Made by a program: the position numbers and the translations under genes. A DNA stretch of 64,000 nt from Balanoglossus misakiensis (lineage: Eukaryota > Animalia > Hemichordata). Under the pieces are notes generated by a model. It did not search any database. It worked only from the letters and a program-made list of their open reading frames with translations, and was not told the origin of the DNA. Positions 61,401-64,000 of the stretch are shown one piece after another (positions within the stretch are counted from its first letter, which is position 1; every line of letters starts with the position of its first letter). The DNA lies in contig CM082595.2 of the NCBI GenBank assembly GCA_040954595.2, positions 8,662,317-8,726,316 of the forward strand. Direction: 5' to 3'.

Positions 61401-64000
61401 TCGATTTTTGAAAAAAAATCATGGGTGAAAATCATCAAAAAATGACAAATTTTCGACTTTGCAAAATCTCAAAATTTCGTCAATTTTGAAAAAAATCATG
61501 GGTGAAAATCATCAAAAAATGACAAATTTTCGACTTTGCAAAATCTCAAAATTTCGTCGATTTTTGAAAAAAATCATGGGTGAAAATCATCAAAAAATGA
61601 AAAATTTTCGACTTCGCAAAATCTCAAAATTTTGTCTTTTTTTGAAAAAAATCATAGGTGAAAATTATCAAAAAATGACAAATTTTCGACTTTGCAAAAG
61701 CTCAAAATTTCGTCCATTTTTGAAAAAAAATCATGGGTGAAAATCATCAAAAAATGACAAATTTTCGACTTTGCAAAATCTCAAAATTTCATCAATTTTT
61801 GAAAAAATCATGGGTGAAAATCATCAAAAAATGACAAATTTTCGACTTTGCAAAATCTCAAAATTTCGTCGATTTTTGAAAAAAATCATGGGTGAAAATC
61901 ATCAAAAAATGAAAAATTTTCGACTTCGCAAAATCTCAAAATTTTGTCTTTTTTTGAAAAAAATCATAGGTGAAAATTATCAAAAAATGACAAATTTTCG
62001 ACTTTGCAAAAGCTCAAAATTTCGTCCATTTTTGAAAAAAAATCATGGGTGAAAATCATCAAAAAATGACAAATTTTCGACTTTGCAAAATCTCAAAATT
62101 TCATCAATTTTTGAAAAAATCATGGGTGAAAATCATCAAAAAATGACAAAATTTTCAACTTTGCAAAATCTCAAAATTTCGTCGATTTTTGAAAAAAAAT
62201 AATGGTTGAAAATCATCAAAAAATGACAAATTTTCGACTTTGCAAAATCTCAAAATTTCGTCGATTTTGAAAAAAATCATGGGTTCGTCGATTTTTTAAA
62301 AACAACATTGGTGAAAATCATCAAAAAATGACAAATTTTCGACTTTGCAAAATCTCAAAATTTCGTCGATTTTTGAAAAAAATCATGGGTGAAAATCATC
62401 AAAAAATGACAAATTTTCGACTTTGCAAAATCTCAAAATTTCGTCGATTTTTGAAAAAAATCATGGGTGAAAATCATCAAAAAATGAAAAATTTTCGACT
62501 TCGCAAAATCTCAAAATTTTGTCTTTTTTTGAAAAAAATCATAGGTGAAAATTATCAAAAAATGACAAATTTTCGACTTTGCAAAATCTCAAAATTTCGT
62601 CGATTTTTGAAAAAAAATAATGGTTGAAAATCATCAAAAAATGACAAATTTTCGACTTTGCAAAATCTCAAAATTTCGTCGATTTTGAAAAAAATCATGG
62701 GTTCGTCGATTTTTTAAAAACAACATTGGTGAAAATCATCAAAAAATGACAAATTTTCGACTTTGCAAAATCTCAAAATTTCGTCGATTTTTGAAAAAAA
62801 TCATGGGTGAAAATCATCAAAAAATGACAAATTTTCGACTTTGCAAAATCTCAACATTTCGTCGATTTTTGAAAAAAATCATAGGTGAAAATCATCAAAA
62901 AATGAAAAATTTTCGACTTTGCAAAAGCTCAAAATTTCGTCCATTTTTGAAAAAAAATCATGGGTGAAAATCAACAAAAAATGACAAATTTTCGACTTTG
63001 CAAAATCTCAAAATTTTATCAATTTTTGAAAAAATCATGGGTGAAAATCATCAAAAAATGATAAAATTTTCAACTTTGCAAAATCTCAAAATTTCGTCGA
63101 TTTTTGAAAAAAAATCATGGTTGAAAATCATCAAAAAATGACAACATTTTCGAGTTTGCAAAATCACACAATTTCGTCGATTTTGAAAAAAATCATAGGT
63201 TCGTCGATTTTTTTAAAAAAAACATGGGTGAAAATCATCAAAAAATGACAGATTTTCGACTTTGCAAAATCTCAAAATTTCGTCGATTTTTTAAAAAAAT
63301 CATGGGTGAAAATCATCAAAAAATGACAAATTTTCGACTTTGCAAAATCTCAAAATTTCGTCAATTTTTGAAAAAATCATGGGTGAAAATCATCAAAATT
63401 GACAAAATTTTCGACTTTGCAAAATCTCAAAATTTCGTCGATTTTGAAAAAAATCATGGGTTCGTCGATTTTTTAAAGACAACATTGGTGAAAATCATCA
63501 AAAAATGACAAATTTTCGACTTTGCAAAATCTCAAAATTTTGTCTTTTTTTGAAAAAAATCATGGGTTCGTCGATTTTTTAAAAACAACATTGGTGAAAA
63601 TCATCAAAAAATGACAAATTTTCGACTTTGCAAAATCTTAAAATTTTGTCTTTTTTTGAAAAAAATCATAGGTGAAAATTATCAAAAAATTACAAATTTT
63701 CGACTTTGCAAAATCTCAAAATTTCGTCGATTTTGAAAAAAATCATGGGTTCGTCGATTTTTTAAAAACAACATTGGTGAAAATCATCAAAAAATGACAA
63801 ATTTTCGACTTTGCAAAATCTCAACATTTCGTCGATTTTTGAAAAAAATCATAGGTGAAAATCATCAAAAAATGACAAATTTTCGACTTTGCAAAATCTC
63901 AAAATTTCGTCAATTTTGAAAAAAATCATGGGTGAAAATCATCAAAAAATGACAAATTTTCGACTTTGCAAAATCTCAAAATTTCGTCGATTTTTGAAAA
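37477..64000. repeat. Satellite B, 78-bp monomer (with 77/79- and about 107-bp variants), nested higher-order repeats
   Basis: Consensus ATGGGTGAAAATCATCAAAAAATGACAAATTTTCGACTTTGCAAAATCTCAAAATTTCGTCGATTTTTGAAAAAAATC (78 nt); single orientation, uninterrupted to the window end. Confidence 0.99.

Noticed and set aside
37927-63508. Repetitive MGENHQKMTNFRLCKISKFRRFLKKI ORFs
   Set aside because: Consequence of a 78-bp (26-codon) monomer; constantly broken by A-run indels, so no frame selection.
1-64000. CRISPR-like repeat-spacer arrays
   Set aside because: Variable segments are a few recurring classes, not unique spacers; no cas genes; eukaryotic retroelement context.
37477-64000. CENP-B box
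   Set aside because: TTCG is present but the downstream A..CGGG of the 17-bp box is not seen on either strand.

Overview
Repeat-only eukaryotic (probably invertebrate animal) heterochromatin; no host protein-coding gene is supportable. From left to right: (1) a 192/194/175-bp satellite array with higher-order structure (1-6320, 21018-29236); (2) inserted into it, a very young head-to-tail tandem Ty3/Gypsy retrotransposon on the minus strand (LTR-gag-pol-LTR-gag-pol-LTR, 6321-21017) with one TGCA target-site duplication, tRNA-Ser PBSs, PPTs and a candidate -1 frameshift signal; (3) an about 8-kb junction zone (29237-37476) holding a 778-bp TTAA-flanked Kolobok-like MITE, a full-length but decayed Ngaro-type tyrosine-recombinase retrotransposon with split direct repeats and a SAM-like Gag N-terminus, a decayed about 175-bp tandem repeat, the 3' end of a second Gypsy element and a 40-bp duplication; (4) a 26.5-kb array of an A-tract-rich, internally palindromic 78-bp satellite with nested higher-order repeats running off the window. 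The layout is consistent with a (peri)centromeric transition between two satellite families, which is inference. All short ORFs in the satellites are artefacts. All alignments were done by eye.
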